A stretch of 64,000 nt of DNA from Patescibacteria group bacterium (GTDB lineage: Bacteria > Patescibacteriota > WWE3 > UBA101185 > 2-01-FULL-41-18): assembly GCA_038064575.1 (NCBI GenBank), contig JBBTST010000001.1:99650-163649 (forward strand), read 5' to 3'. Positions 37,501-51,002 of the stretch are shown piece after piece. Made by a program: the position numbers and the translations under genes. Below the pieces are notes generated by a model, which saw nothing but the letters and a program-made list of their open reading frames with translations, did no database searches and was not told the origin of the DNA. Each line of letters begins with the position of its first letter. The stretch's first letter is position 1.

Positions 37501-38274
37501 CTAATATAAATTTCTATCAACTCTTTCAACTGTCATCTTATCTAAATCAAGTAAAACACTCCTAAACGCTTTTCTTCCTGATTCTTCCCATTCAAATTTT
37601 TGATTCATACCACTCAAATATTGTCTAAGAATTATTTCTTTTTTAACCCCTAAAACCGAATCCACATTCCCACTCATACCAACATCGCTAACAAAAAAGG
37701 TTCCTTTTGGAAGCGTCAGGGCGTCACAAGTTGGTACATGGGTATGAGTACCTAAAACGGCTGTCACACGCCCATCCAAATAAAATCCCATTGCAGCTTT
37801 TTCACTTGTTGCTTCAGCATGAAAATCTACAATTACCGCTTCATATTTTTTAGCTGCAGTGAGTGTTAATATTTCATCTGCTTTTCTAAAGGGGTCATCC
37901 ACTCTTTCATTCAAAAAAGTCCTGCCCAAAAGGTTGATCAACAATACTTTTCCGCGCTTTCCAAGATCAATCTCAGCATAACCTTTGCCCGGAGTACCTT
38001 CAGGATAATTCGCAGGTCTTATGAGAGGTAAAGCATCAATATAATCTGAGGTATCCTTATTCCAAAACAAATGATCTCCGCCAGTAAAAAAATCCACCCC
38101 GGCAAGTTTCATGTCTGTTATTGTCCCCTCAGTTATACCACGCCCATGAGCTAAGTTTTCAGCGTTAGCAACAGTTAAATCAAGGTCATTCTGAGACTTA
38201 ATTTTTGGCAAGGCTTGCTCTACAGCCTTTCTTCCCGGGGAGCCAACAATATCTCCTATGAAAAGTATTTTCAT
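37501..38274 (-). CDS. YmdB-family metallophosphoesterase
   Basis: MKILFIGDIVGSPGR N-terminus plus GDH and GTHTH motifs. Confidence 0.75.
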   Translation of the reverse strand: MKILFIGDIVGSPGRKAVEQALPKIKSQNDLDLTVANAENLAHGRGITEGTITDMKLAGVDFFTGGDHLFWNKDTSDYIDALPLIRPANYPEGTPGKGYAEIDLGKRGKVLLINLLGRTFLNERVDDPFRKADEILTLTAAKKYEAVIVDFHAEATSEKAAMGFYLDGRVTAVLGTHTHVPTCDALTLPKGTFFVSDVGMSGNVDSVLGVKKEIILRQYLSGMNQKFEWEESGRKAFRSVLLDLDKMTVERVDRNLY

Positions 38275-38489
38275 AATCTTAAAAGACCCTTAAATAAATT
38301 GACTGTTCCCAATACCCCAAAAAAATAAACAAGCCCCGCAAAAAAAAGAAGAATACCAATAAGAAATGTATAAAGGATACTTGCCACAACTGATTTGATA
38401 AAAGACTTAACCACATAAAAAGCAACCAATGAAATTAAAATGAGGGCAATGATTCCTATGTTGAAAGTTTCAGCAGGAAGTAGTGTCAT
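38271..38489 (-). CDS. small two-TM membrane protein
   Basis: 72 aa, hydrophobic; its start overlaps the ymdB stop. Confidence 0.3.
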   Translation of the reverse strand: MTLLPAETFNIGIIALILISLVAFYVVKSFIKSVVASILYTFLIGILLFFAGLVYFFGVLGTVNLFKGLLRL

Positions 38490-38646
38490 ATAAAAACCTA
38501 GAGCTTACGCAGATTTTTTTACTCAGAAACACGCGCTTAGCACTCTGTTTTTCCCTTCAGACCAACTTAAACATAAAGACAATACCGCTTCTAAGTTATT
38601 AAATCAAGCTTTTTGTTGGTTCTTTACCGCTTTTTTAATAAAAAAC

Positions 38647-40257
38647 TTACTTAGCTGTATCAGAGTACCTTGTTTCTCTGATAACTGTTACCTTCACTGT
38701 TCCGGGATAAGTTTGTTCAAGTTCAATCTTTTTGGCTATCTCGCGGGCTAAAAGTGCGCTTGAGGAGTCATCCACTCTCTCAGGCTTCACAAAAATCCTA
38801 ACCTCACGCCCAGCCGATATTGCATAAGCCTTCTCAATACCATCAAAAGAAGTTGCGGCTGCCTCAAGGTCTCGCATTCGCTTAACATATGCTTCATAAT
38901 CCTCACTTCTTGCTCCGGGCCTTGCACCGCTAATAGAGTCCGCAATATGCACAACAACGGACTCAAGAGAAGAAAAAGGTTTGTCCTCATGGTGTTCCGC
39001 AACACAGTTGATAACCGAATCCAAAACTTTAAATTTCTTGAGCAAGTCAACTCCAAGCTGAACGTGTGTGCCTTCTTCATCAGTAACAATCTTTCCAATG
39101 TCATGGAACAAACAACCAAGTCTTACTATATTGACATCAAGCTTGAGTTCACTTGCTAGCTGAATTCCCAGTTTTGTTTCTTCAAGAGTATGCTGAATCA
39201 TATTTTGTCCATAAGAAAATCTATATTTGAACTTCCCAAGCATAAAGATCAGATCTTTAGGTAGATTATAAACACCAACTTTGTGGCAAAGCTCTTCTCC
39301 TGCCTTAAAGATTATATGATCTATTTCTTTGGCCGTTCTTTGGACTATTTCCTCAATTTTTGCAGGCTGAATGCGCCCATCAGCTATAAGCCTATCCAAT
39401 GAAACACGAGCAATTTCCCGTCTGATAGGGTCAAAACTTGAAATCCTGACATCAGCGGAGCCTTCCTCCATCTCAAGATTCACGCCCGTTTGCTCCTCAA
39501 AAACCTTTATATTCCTACCTTCTTTACCAATTATTCTCCCCTTTATTTCCTCATCCGGTAATTTTACTTTTGACACTGTGTATTCAACTACATAGTCTGT
39601 AGAAGCATGAAGCATGGAATCAACAATTATTTCTTTTGCTTTTATTTCCGACTCTTGTTTAATTTTTTCTTCAGCCTCTCTTACTCTCTTACTTACCTCC
39701 TGAGAAAGTTCTCTTTCAACTGACAAAATCAGGCTTTTTTTTGCCTCTTCTCTTGTCATCCCTGAAACAGCTTCCAGTTTTTCCACTTGCTGCTTATATA
39801 CAGTTTCCAAATCATTCAGTCTATTTTGTGCTTTCCCTTCTTTAGCAATAATTTCATGCTCATGCCTATCAATATCTGATATTTTTTTATCAAGGGTTTC
39901 TTGCCTTACGTCAATCCTTTTTTCAAGCTCCATTGCTTCTTGTCTTATCTTCCTGGATTCCTCCTCCGACTGTCTTTTTATTTTTAGAGCATCATCTCTT
40001 GCTTCTAGAACTATTTCTCTTGCCTTGTTGTGAGCGTCAATTACTACCTGTTCTTTGCTCACCTGCTCTGATCTGGGCTCTTGCAGAATTGACTTTACTT
40101 CCTCTATCTTTTTTCCTTCCGACTTTTCTATTGTCTCGGCTTTTTCCGGCAGTGTAGATGGCAGTAAGCTATCTTTCTTATTTCTTAGACTTAAATAAAA
40201 CATGCCACCAACACTCCCAAGCGTGGTTACTATTAAGACGAGTTCTAAAACAGACAT
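38647..40257 (-). CDS. rny: ribonuclease Y
   Basis: N-terminal TM helix, coiled coil, KH domain (IGKEGRNIKVFE) and HD domain (FHDIGK). Confidence 0.85.
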   Translation of the reverse strand: MSVLELVLIVTTLGSVGGMFYLSLRNKKDSLLPSTLPEKAETIEKSEGKKIEEVKSILQEPRSEQVSKEQVVIDAHNKAREIVLEARDDALKIKRQSEEESRKIRQEAMELEKRIDVRQETLDKKISDIDRHEHEIIAKEGKAQNRLNDLETVYKQQVEKLEAVSGMTREEAKKSLILSVERELSQEVSKRVREAEEKIKQESEIKAKEIIVDSMLHASTDYVVEYTVSKVKLPDEEIKGRIIGKEGRNIKVFEEQTGVNLEMEEGSADVRISSFDPIRREIARVSLDRLIADGRIQPAKIEEIVQRTAKEIDHIIFKAGEELCHKVGVYNLPKDLIFMLGKFKYRFSYGQNMIQHTLEETKLGIQLASELKLDVNIVRLGCLFHDIGKIVTDEEGTHVQLGVDLLKKFKVLDSVINCVAEHHEDKPFSSLESVVVHIADSISGARPGARSEDYEAYVKRMRDLEAAATSFDGIEKAYAISAGREVRIFVKPERVDDSSSALLAREIAKKIELEQTYPGTVKVTVIRETRYSDTAK

Positions 40258-40400
40258 ATATTTCCTCCTATACTAAATACACTTTAATTTTTTGCGATTT
40301 AAAACAAAATAGAGGAAAAAACGAGCCCTCACCAAAAGGGTCTTTAACTTAAAAACAAGTAGTAGTTCTTTGGTTATTTGCTTGTAGATTAATAATTAGT

Positions 40401-41108
40401 CTAGTCATTGTTTTTTGCCAAAAATATTTTGTCTAAATCAGCCCTATTGTATTTTCTTTTGATTATTGTGTCAACCACGCTAAAAACCTGAGATGGAGGA
40501 AAACCTCTTCTTAATAAGAAACTGCATAACCTACGCCTAAGTTTTGGCAGATCTTCCGCTTTCACACTATCTATGGCCTTAAGCCTTACCAAAACCAAAT
40601 CCTCAAGTATTTGGTTGCTTGAATTGCCTTCTTCTTCCAAAATTTTCTCTATCAGTGGTTTTGGAATTCCTTTTTTTAAAAGTTCCATTTTGATGCGAGT
40701 TTTTCCAATGGGTTTTTTTGCATCTAATTTAGTTGAGGCATAAATTTTGGCAAAGTTCTCATCATCAATAAGTCTTAAGGCTGCTAATTTTTGAAGCAGC
40801 TGGGCTTTAAGGTCCTCTTTTTCTGAAGAGGATAACTTGATATCCTCTTTAAGTAGCATATTTAGCTTTTTTTCAACTTCCGCTTTTGTCCTCAGTCTAA
40901 AAGATAAAAAATTAAGAGCCCTTGAAAAATAATAAGAAGATGTAGCTTTAGTTACATATAAATGTCTCTGCTCTTCTGAAAGAGTTAACCCAACCTTAAG
41001 TTTTTCTTTAACTAAGTCATCATTAAGAAGTGTAAAAGCCAAGCTGTCATCTACATATACATTAAAGTAACCCTTCCTATAGCTTTTTTCTATTTTTGTA
41101 ATTAGCAT
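40401..41108 (-). CDS. recX: RecX family regulatory protein
   Basis: Helical-repeat protein immediately downstream of recA; call rests on gene order and size only. Confidence 0.6.
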   Translation of the reverse strand: MLITKIEKSYRKGYFNVYVDDSLAFTLLNDDLVKEKLKVGLTLSEEQRHLYVTKATSSYYFSRALNFLSFRLRTKAEVEKKLNMLLKEDIKLSSSEKEDLKAQLLQKLAALRLIDDENFAKIYASTKLDAKKPIGKTRIKMELLKKGIPKPLIEKILEEEGNSSNQILEDLVLVRLKAIDSVKAEDLPKLRRRLCSFLLRRGFPPSQVFSVVDTIIKRKYNRADLDKIFLAKNND

Positions 41109-41111
41109 TGA

Positions 41112-42155
41112 TTATTCTTTTTCGACTTCTTCGTTTCCTACCTCAAGAGGGGCCGAAACACCTTTTTTAACGGCATCTCTGATCTTTTTTTCTATTTCTG
41201 TTGCCAGTTTGCCGTTACTCTTTAACAATTCTTTAGCTGCCTCCCGACCCTGAGAAAGTTTTTGTCCTTCATACTCATACCAGGAACCGCTTTTTTTGAT
41301 AACCCCAAGTTCCACCCCAACATCTATTAGATTTCCAACCTTACTAATACCTTCAGAAAACATGATGTCAAATTCTGCAGTCCTAAAGGGAGGGGCAACT
41401 TTGTTTTTTACAACTTTGACTTTCACCCTGTTACCCATAACTTTATCTCCTTCTTTAATAGATTCAATTCTTCTTATTTCAAGTCTTACGGAAGCGTAGA
41501 ATTTAAGCGCTCTTCCACCCGGGGTTGTTTCCGGATTGCCAAACATTACTCCAATCTTTTCTCTAATTTGATTTGTGAAAATAACCAGACAATTTGATTT
41601 GCTTGTAGCACCTGTAATTTTTCTTAAAGCTTGACTCATAAGGCGGGCCTGAAGACCTATAAACTGATCTCCCATTTCCCCCTCAATTTCACTTCTTGGA
41701 ACCAAAGCTGCCACCGAATCAATAGCCACAACGTCAACCGCATTTGATCTGATCAAAGTTTCTGCTATTTCAAGCGCCTGTTCCCCCGTATCCGGTTGAG
41801 AAACCAACAAATCCTCAACATTTACTCCAGTCTTATGGGCATAAACAGGATCAAAAGCGTGTTCTGCATCAATCAGAGCTGCCGTACCTCCGGCTTTCTG
41901 TGCTTCTGCAATTATGTGTTGAACAAGGGTTGTTTTACCGCTTGATTCCGGACCAAAGATTTCTATTATTCTGCCTCTTGGAACCCCGCCAACACCAAGA
42001 GCAAGATCAAGCGCAATAGATCCTGTTGGAATAACTTGAATGTCTTTTGTGGAAGCTCCCTCCCCAAGTTTCATAATTGCGCCTTTACCAAAATTTTTTT
42101 CTATCTGGGCCATAGCAGACTGAAGAGCTAAAAGCTTATCTTTATCAACTGACAT
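41112..42155 (-). CDS. recA: recombinase RecA
   Basis: Walker [11 protein letters not shown] and canonical RecA core and L2 loop. Confidence 0.9.
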   Translation of the reverse strand: MSVDKDKLLALQSAMAQIEKNFGKGAIMKLGEGASTKDIQVIPTGSIALDLALGVGGVPRGRIIEIFGPESSGKTTLVQHIIAEAQKAGGTAALIDAEHAFDPVYAHKTGVNVEDLLVSQPDTGEQALEIAETLIRSNAVDVVAIDSVAALVPRSEIEGEMGDQFIGLQARLMSQALRKITGATSKSNCLVIFTNQIREKIGVMFGNPETTPGGRALKFYASVRLEIRRIESIKEGDKVMGNRVKVKVVKNKVAPPFRTAEFDIMFSEGISKVGNLIDVGVELGVIKKSGSWYEYEGQKLSQGREAAKELLKSNGKLATEIEKKIRDAVKKGVSAPLEVGNEEVEKE

Positions 42156-42306
42156 ACCTTACTTTCTGGGGCAAATACTAATACTAATGAGTATTATAGT
42201 GTTTTTGGGAGGCTTTGTCTATACTTTTACAAAAATAAAGAGGAAAACTGAAGTAAATAGATTTAACGAAATATGGTATATTTCAAATCGATGCAAAAAA
42301 GTCTTT

Positions 42307-42383
42307 CGGGGTGTGGCGCAGTTGGCTAGCGCACCAGTATGGGGTACTGGGGGTCGGAGGTTCGAGTCCTCTCACCCCGACCA
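42307..42383 (+). tRNA. tRNA-Pro (anticodon GGG)
   Basis: Cloverleaf: acceptor CGGGGTG/CACCCCG; D-arm GCGC...GCGC; anticodon stem CCAGT/ACTGG with loop ATGGGGT; T-arm GGAGG-TTCGAGT-CCTCT; discriminator A and an encoded CCA. Confidence 0.85.
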
Positions 42384-42503
42384 TGAGTTTTTCTTACATC
42401 TACAGCAAAATTATAGGGACCGTGGGAGACTATTGAACCAAGATTATTTGAGAATAGATTAACAAATACCAGATAAAGTTGTGAATTAAGTTATAATTTA
42501 AAC

Positions 42504-42860
42504 ATGACTATTGAGGCTCCTTCATTTGAAAAATGTACAAACTTTGGAGACCAGAAAGCAACTCTTCCAATTGAAAATCACAAAGCCTTCTCCAATCCAG
42601 AACGGCCCATCCACCAAGGCGCCTTTACTTCTGTAATCGAAATTGGTGAGGTTAAATTCTTTGATACATACCCTATAAACAAGATTCAGGAGTTCACGCG
42701 CGACAACGAGTTTGTCCCAAAAGTTACGAAGGTATTAAGGGAGGGGACGTATGAGGACTTAATCGCTTTGGCGGGTGAGCAGGACACAAAAGAAGGGGTT
42801 GGTAGAAGACAGATAATTCAATATTTAAGTTTATTGAAGTACCTGGGAGCCGATTTTTGA
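42504..42860 (+). CDS. hypothetical protein
   Basis: 118 aa with no recognisable motif; downstream of the tRNA. Confidence 0.3.
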   Translation: MTIEAPSFEKCTNFGDQKATLPIENHKAFSNPERPIHQGAFTSVIEIGEVKFFDTYPINKIQEFTRDNEFVPKVTKVLREGTYEDLIALAGEQDTKEGVGRRQIIQYLSLLKYLGADF

Positions 42861-42899
42861 GCTATAGTATTTCAAAACATAGAGAGAGGCAAAAAAAAC

Positions 42900-43544
42900 T
42901 TACTGCACGGAAAAATTTGGTATTACAACCTCCTTTCCTTCCTCTAAAATTTTGTCTTGGGAAACGGTAGAAAGAAGCGGGTTTGAGGCGCCAATAAGCT
43001 GCCATTTCTTTTCACTCCCAAAATATCTAAGAGCCAGGGACTTTAGAGTCTTTGGAGTATTTTCATTTTTTACAAAGTATGAAAATGTGTTTGACCAGTT
43101 TTTAATGGGTATACCAAACCAAGGCTTAAAAACCATTAGTTTCAACACTTTTTTAGTAATATCTCTAAGTTCAAAATGAAGATGGGGTTCAGTTGTAGCC
43201 TCCCCTGTGTTTCCTGATAATGCAATCACATGCCCACTTGCCACCTTTTCACCAAGAGAAACTTTAAACTTACTCAAATGAGCATATAAAGCTACAATGT
43301 TCCCATTTCTGATCCCAATAACATTTCCCATACCCTTATGGTTCTCAAGTCTTACAACAACTCCCTCAAAGGAAGCCTTAACCTCAGCTCCAATCTGCAG
43401 ACCAAAATCAACTCCTGGATGGAGATTATCAAAAAGCTTATAGAAGCTGCCTCTCTTGGGATGGTTAGTATTATCAAACCAGAACTCTTGGATTACATTA
43501 AACCTGGATTCTACCGGCAAACTAAGAACCGGACTTTGTTTCAT
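42900..43544 (-). CDS. M23 family metallopeptidase with C-terminal LysM domain
   Basis: HxxxD/HxH-type motifs (GHVIALSGNTG, TEPHLHFE) and a C-terminal LysM-like segment. Confidence 0.65.
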   Translation of the reverse strand: MKQSPVLSLPVESRFNVIQEFWFDNTNHPKRGSFYKLFDNLHPGVDFGLQIGAEVKASFEGVVVRLENHKGMGNVIGIRNGNIVALYAHLSKFKVSLGEKVASGHVIALSGNTGEATTEPHLHFELRDITKKVLKLMVFKPWFGIPIKNWSNTFSYFVKNENTPKTLKSLALRYFGSEKKWQLIGASNPLLSTVSQDKILEEGKEVVIPNFSVQ

Positions 43545-43624
43545 GAGGCTTAGTTTACTATATTTTTAAAAGTTTGGGGGTCAAGCCTTTGCCTTAAGCT
43601 AAACCCCCAGAAGTACGTTGCCTC

Positions 43625-43906
43625 TCACTTGATATGAAGTTTCTCTTTGAATTTCTGTACTGCCCAGTGAAGCAGATAGAGGGGAACAAGAACCAAAAAA
43701 AAGATTATGGTTCCTGCCCATGTTCCTCCTGCCACCGCAAAAGCAAAGAGAATTATTGCCACCAGAAGTAAAGCAAACGGCGGGTACAGCAGTTTCTCTG
43801 GTAAGCTTAGCTCCAGATCTTGTGAGGACACATGGACAACCTCTACCAGTGTAACCTCTTCCTCATCATGCAATTTGTCTTGAGACATTTCAACTCCTAC
43901 CTTCAA
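43625..43906 (-). CDS. small membrane protein
   Basis: 93 aa with two predicted TM helices. Confidence 0.3.
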   Translation of the reverse strand: MKVGVEMSQDKLHDEEEVTLVEVVHVSSQDLELSLPEKLLYPPFALLLVAIILFAFAVAGGTWAGTIIFFLVLVPLYLLHWAVQKFKEKLHIK

Positions 43907-44032
43907 TTAGAGATATTTTTCCCTTTTGTAAATACAAATAGTACTACTAGAGGGCAAACTTTGCAACCTATAGCATTAATTGCTGTTAGAGCCTCTGTTA
44001 GAAAAACTTTTAAGGCATCTGTTCTCAACTTT

Positions 44033-44704
44033 TCAACTGGGCAAAAGTCTAAGTAGCTCTACGGCTCTTTTAGGATCCCCCCTACCAACCGGAAAATAAC
44101 AGGGAATAATCTTGAAATTATCTCCTACCAAGTTAGTGTTAAAAGTTTCAAGCAGCCTTAGTTTAATTGAAGCATCAAAGTAATCTCTAAGCTTTATATC
44201 CAACCCGGTCAACGCTTTGAATGGGATCAACCCAAAAGTAACAATATAAGACGGCTTAACTATCTCAAGTTCTTTTTTTAATAAGGGTAAAAAAAGCCTA
44301 ACCTTTTGACTATCAGGAAGGTCTGCATTTTCACCTGTCCATTTAACAATATTGGTAAAATAAAACCCCCTAGCACTTAAATGCGAATAAACTTTATCTG
44401 CAAAATCAACGCTCCAAATTTTTGTCTTTTCTATTTCCTGCAGTAATGAGTTATCAAAATGCCCTGCCTTATTAAAAATTCGCCAGATATATTTGGTCCC
44501 TGTCCATGGCCTTCTTTTACCAACCCAAGAGGGGTCAGAAGATATGTTTTTGTATGTGGGGTTGATAAACACAAACATAAATTTTGGTCTAGACAGCCTT
44601 CCCCCGCCCAAGATAGGTTCCAAAGTACTATTTGGAAAATTTTTAAGCTGCAGCGCTTTTGTATAGACCCACAGATCCTCTAATAGGGTAATTTTCTCAA
44701 GCAT
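44033..44704 (-). CDS. uracil-DNA glycosylase superfamily protein (family 4/5-like)
   Basis: Architecture KFMFVFINP ... FTNIVKW ... IVTFG parallels the UDG family 4 motifs (GEAPG region, TNVVKCRPP). Confidence 0.5.
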   Translation of the reverse strand: MLEKITLLEDLWVYTKALQLKNFPNSTLEPILGGGRLSRPKFMFVFINPTYKNISSDPSWVGKRRPWTGTKYIWRIFNKAGHFDNSLLQEIEKTKIWSVDFADKVYSHLSARGFYFTNIVKWTGENADLPDSQKVRLFLPLLKKELEIVKPSYIVTFGLIPFKALTGLDIKLRDYFDASIKLRLLETFNTNLVGDNFKIIPCYFPVGRGDPKRAVELLRLLPS

Positions 44705-44715
44705 AGGCTATTTCA

Positions 44716-44869
44716 ATTGTATAAGCTTTTAACAACTCTACTTTTTTTTATCAAGCTGTCTCCAAAGCCAAATTCCAACAAGAACAAGATCAACAAACAA
44801 AACAGTCCAGAAAAGAAAACCAACTAAGCCAAACAAAGAATATGAACCGTTTCCATAATATCCCATCAT
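44716..44869 (-). CDS. possible small hydrophobic protein (~50 aa, MMGYYGNGSYSLFGLVGFLFWTVLFVDLVLVGIWLWRQLD...)
   Basis: Not in the ORF table (under 60 aa); read from the minus strand between atpC and the UDG gene. No clear SD. Confidence 0.2.
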
Positions 44870-44994
44870 CTAACATCACCCCCTTACTCTCTATAGTATA
44901 GCTCACAGCTTTATTAAAATTCCACAAATGCTGAAATAGAGTATTATTAACATGTGACAGTGAATGTACACTCTCTCATAAGTAAATATAAAAC

Positions 44995-47541
<2,547 letters not shown>

Positions 47542-47564
<23 letters not shown>

Positions 47565-49026
47565 AAAGTTTAGTAAATGTAATCATGAAGTTCTCTATTT
47601 CTTTAACCATTACTTTTTCTGTGTCTTCTTTAAGTTTTGTTTCCTTCCTAAGAGTTTCAGTGAGAGCTCTACAATGGGTTTTTAGGTGTTCTAAAAATTT
47701 ATGTTTCCAGGTTTCAATATCTTTATCTTCAACCAAATCCAAATAACCGCGGATTGCAGCAAACACAAACATGATTTGCTCAGGCGTTTCATAAAGAGTT
47801 GTTAAGTCTTGCTTTAAAAGCTGCATCATTTTAAATCCTCTGATAAGTTTATTTTTTGTTTCCAAATCAAGATCTGAACCAAACTGAGAAAAAGCTTCTA
47901 ACTCTCTAAACAAAGCAAGATCAAGTTTTAGAGAACCTGCAATTTTTTTCATAATTGGGGTTTGAGCAGCCCCACCAACTCTTGAGACAGACAAACCCAC
48001 ATTTAAGGCCGGCTTTTGCCCAAGATTAAAAAGCTGAGAGTCCAAAAAAATCTGGCCGTCTGTTATTGAAATTACATTTGTTGGCACAAAAGACGCCACA
48101 TCTCCGGCTTGAGTTTCAATAATAGGAAGGGAAGTTATAGAACCTCCCCCAAACTCATCAGAAAGCTGCGCCGATCTTTCCAAAAGCCTTGAATGTAAAT
48201 AAAACACGTCCCCAGGAAAAGCTTCACGCCCGGCAGGTCTTCCAAGTAAAAGAGAAACTTCTCTATAGCTTTCTGCATGCTTTGTAAGATCATCATAAAC
48301 CACCAAAACGTCTCTTCCTTTATGGGCAAAATACTCTGCAATCGCAGTTCCCGTATAGGGTGCAAGGTAATTTATTGAGGCCGGATCTGAAGAAGTCCCT
48401 GCAACCACACAGGTATAAGAAATGGCACCGCTTATTTTAAGTGTTTCTATAAACTGGGCAACCTTACTTGCTTTCTGCCCAATTGACACATACACACAAA
48501 TCACGTTTTTATCTTTTTGATTGAGAATGGCACTTAGACAAAACGCGCTCTTGCCTGTTTTTCTATCTCCAATAACAAGCTGTCTTTGCCCTTTACCAAC
48601 AGGCACCAAGGCGTCAATAGCCAAAACTCCTGTACTAAGAGGTCTAAAGATATTTTTTCTTTGAATTACGGAAGGAGCTTGCTGCTCAAGAGCCATTTCT
48701 TCCCCCTCAGACTTAAAATGCTCATAGGAAAACAAAGGCTCACCCAAAGGATCAATTGTTTTACCTAAAATATTATCTGAAACAATAACGCTAAGATGCT
48801 TCCCCGTTGTCTCAACCAGGTCACCTGTTTTTAAATTTCTATAATTTCCCAAAATCATGACCCCAACTTCATCTTCTCTCAAACTCATCACAAGCCCTTT
48901 ATAGTCCCTGCCTGTTGAAGTGTTCTTTATCCTTACAACTTCATTAAAAAATGCCTCAGAAAGTCCATTGCAAAAGGCTACTCCGTCAAATAACTTTTGA
49001 ATCCTTCCTGTGCTTTTAAACTTCAT
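47542..49026 (-). CDS. atpA: F-type ATP synthase alpha subunit
   Basis: Walker A GDRKTGKSAF; alpha-typical length and domains. Confidence 0.9.
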
Positions 49027-49358
49027 AACAGTCCTGAAATACTAAAATCCAAAACTTTATCATTTTCTCTTACTATTATTCCGGATGACACCACGTCATC
49101 TAAAGAAAACAAAAGTATCAAATTTTTCTCTGAAAATTTTTCACAAATTAAACTTTTGTATTTGTCATCAAGAGGTTTACCGGATACTACTTCTAAGACT
49201 TTTAAAGAGCCATTTAGAATCTTGGCGTAATAATCTTCTATTTTTTCAAGATCTAAATCTTTTGAAATCCTCAGGAAGCGTAAAAATTTAAGGGTCTGAT
49301 CCTTGGACTTGTCTTTTGACAATAAATATATTTTTGCGGCTGCTTCCTTTTCTTGCAT
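49023..49358 (-). CDS. atpH: F-type ATP synthase delta subunit (short form)
   Basis: 111 aa in the atpF-atpA position; resembles the C-terminal part of OSCP/delta. Confidence 0.5.
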   Translation of the reverse strand: MQEKEAAAKIYLLSKDKSKDQTLKFLRFLRISKDLDLEKIEDYYAKILNGSLKVLEVVSGKPLDDKYKSLICEKFSEKNLILLFSLDDVVSSGIIVRENDKVLDFSISGLL

Positions 49359-49359
49359 A

Positions 49360-49830
49360 TCATATCTTATCTACAACTTTTTCAAGATTTACATCAATTA
49401 AACCTTGTCTTGCCATAGATTCAATCTTCTCATTCACTCTTTCTTCCAGAAGCTTCTCAAAGTCTTTTTTTTCTTCCTCAATTTTTGCCCGCCTTACATC
49501 TTCCGCTTCAAAAATTATTTCCTTTGCCTTTTTTTTAGCGTCACTTAAAATTATCCCTTTTTCTTTGTCTCCCTCTTTGCGGGCAAGCTCAACTATCATT
49601 AAAGCCTCTTTTTTTGCGTTTTCCAAGAGATCCTCCTGTTTTTTTTGACCTAAGGTAAGAGCACTGTCCGCCTGAATATACATTTGCTCACCTTTTTTCA
49701 AAGATTCTTCCCGCTCGCCAACTACTTTCATAAGTTTAACAATCAAAAGTTTATGGATAGCAAGCCACATGACAAAAAAAAGCATGGAGTATATTGCAAT
49801 ATTTACAAGGTTGATGCCAAGTTCTTCCAT
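49360..49830 (-). CDS. atpF: F-type ATP synthase b subunit
   Basis: N-terminal TM helix followed by a long charged helix. Confidence 0.7.
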   Translation of the reverse strand: MEELGINLVNIAIYSMLFFVMWLAIHKLLIVKLMKVVGEREESLKKGEQMYIQADSALTLGQKKQEDLLENAKKEALMIVELARKEGDKEKGIILSDAKKKAKEIIFEAEDVRRAKIEEEKKDFEKLLEERVNEKIESMARQGLIDVNLEKVVDKI

Positions 49831-49834
49831 AAAA

Positions 49835-50065
<231 letters not shown>

Positions 50066-50083
50066 CTAATGATAAAGACTAAA

Positions 50084-50881
50084 CTAGTGTTTCTCAATAG
50101 CAAGACTTATAAAAACGCAAGTTAACACAAAGAATACAAAAGCCTGCACAAGGGAAACAAATACTTCCAAAGCAAAAAATGGAAGTGTGGCAAGCCCAAA
50201 AGTGATGCTGGTTATCACAAGGAGCAACACTTCCCCCGCAAATATATTCCCAAAAAGTCTAAAGGAGAAAGAAATAATTTTCCCAAACTCTGAAATAAGT
50301 TCCATAAGGCCTACAACAAAAGCCATAAATGATGAAAAATTTATATATTTTTTTAAATAAGCCAAACCTAAAAATTTGAAGCCTAAAATGTTTGTGGCCA
50401 TGACTGAAATGAGAGCAAGAGCCAAAGTAAAGGAGATGTCAGAGGATGGTGCTCTGAAAAGAGGTTTGAAATCTTGCGCTTTTGAAACCTGAAAGCTTTG
50501 TGTAAAGTAACAATCTTTGGATTTTATACAGTTTTGTACGGAAGTAAAGACTCCTTCCGTTTTAATAAAACCAAGCGAATGAATAAAAGGGAGAAGACCA
50601 AATAGATTTGAAAAAAGGATAAAAAATAAGAAAGTAATAAGAAAGGAGATTATTTTAACGCTTTCAGTGTGCACTATACCTTCAAGCATTACTATAAGCC
50701 CAAAGACGATATATTCCAAAAGATGCTGAGTCTTTGAAGCTTTGAAAGCTTTAACTGAAAGGGAAAATATAAACAAGACTGCTACAAGAACTGCAAAAAT
50801 TACAAAAGCAGATAAAAGTGAATTGGTAACAGATATGAAACCTAGTTTAAAAAGAACCTCAGGGGCAAGGCTTATATGCAT
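50084..50881 (-). CDS. atpB: F-type ATP synthase a subunit
   Basis: Conserved Arg in FSFRLFGNIFAGE. The start is taken at MHISLAPEVLF; the upstream extension in the ORF table is probably artefactual. Confidence 0.75.
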   Translation of the reverse strand: MHISLAPEVLFKLGFISVTNSLLSAFVIFAVLVAVLFIFSLSVKAFKASKTQHLLEYIVFGLIVMLEGIVHTESVKIISFLITFLFFILFSNLFGLLPFIHSLGFIKTEGVFTSVQNCIKSKDCYFTQSFQVSKAQDFKPLFRAPSSDISFTLALALISVMATNILGFKFLGLAYLKKYINFSSFMAFVVGLMELISEFGKIISFSFRLFGNIFAGEVLLLVITSITFGLATLPFFALEVFVSLVQAFVFFVLTCVFISLAIEKH

Positions 50882-51002
50882 ACTACAAATAGTAAGACAC
50901 CAGACAAACTTTAACAATAAAAGATAGGGCAAAGTGCTTTTTATAGTTATTTCAGAAGATTGAGTAATTCTAAATCCCAACCTCCTGAAACAACCTGTAC
51001 TC

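Noticed and set aside
42187-42462. ORF 42187..42462(+) 91 aa
   Set aside because: It spans tRNA-Pro (42307-42383); its middle is the tRNA sequence translated.
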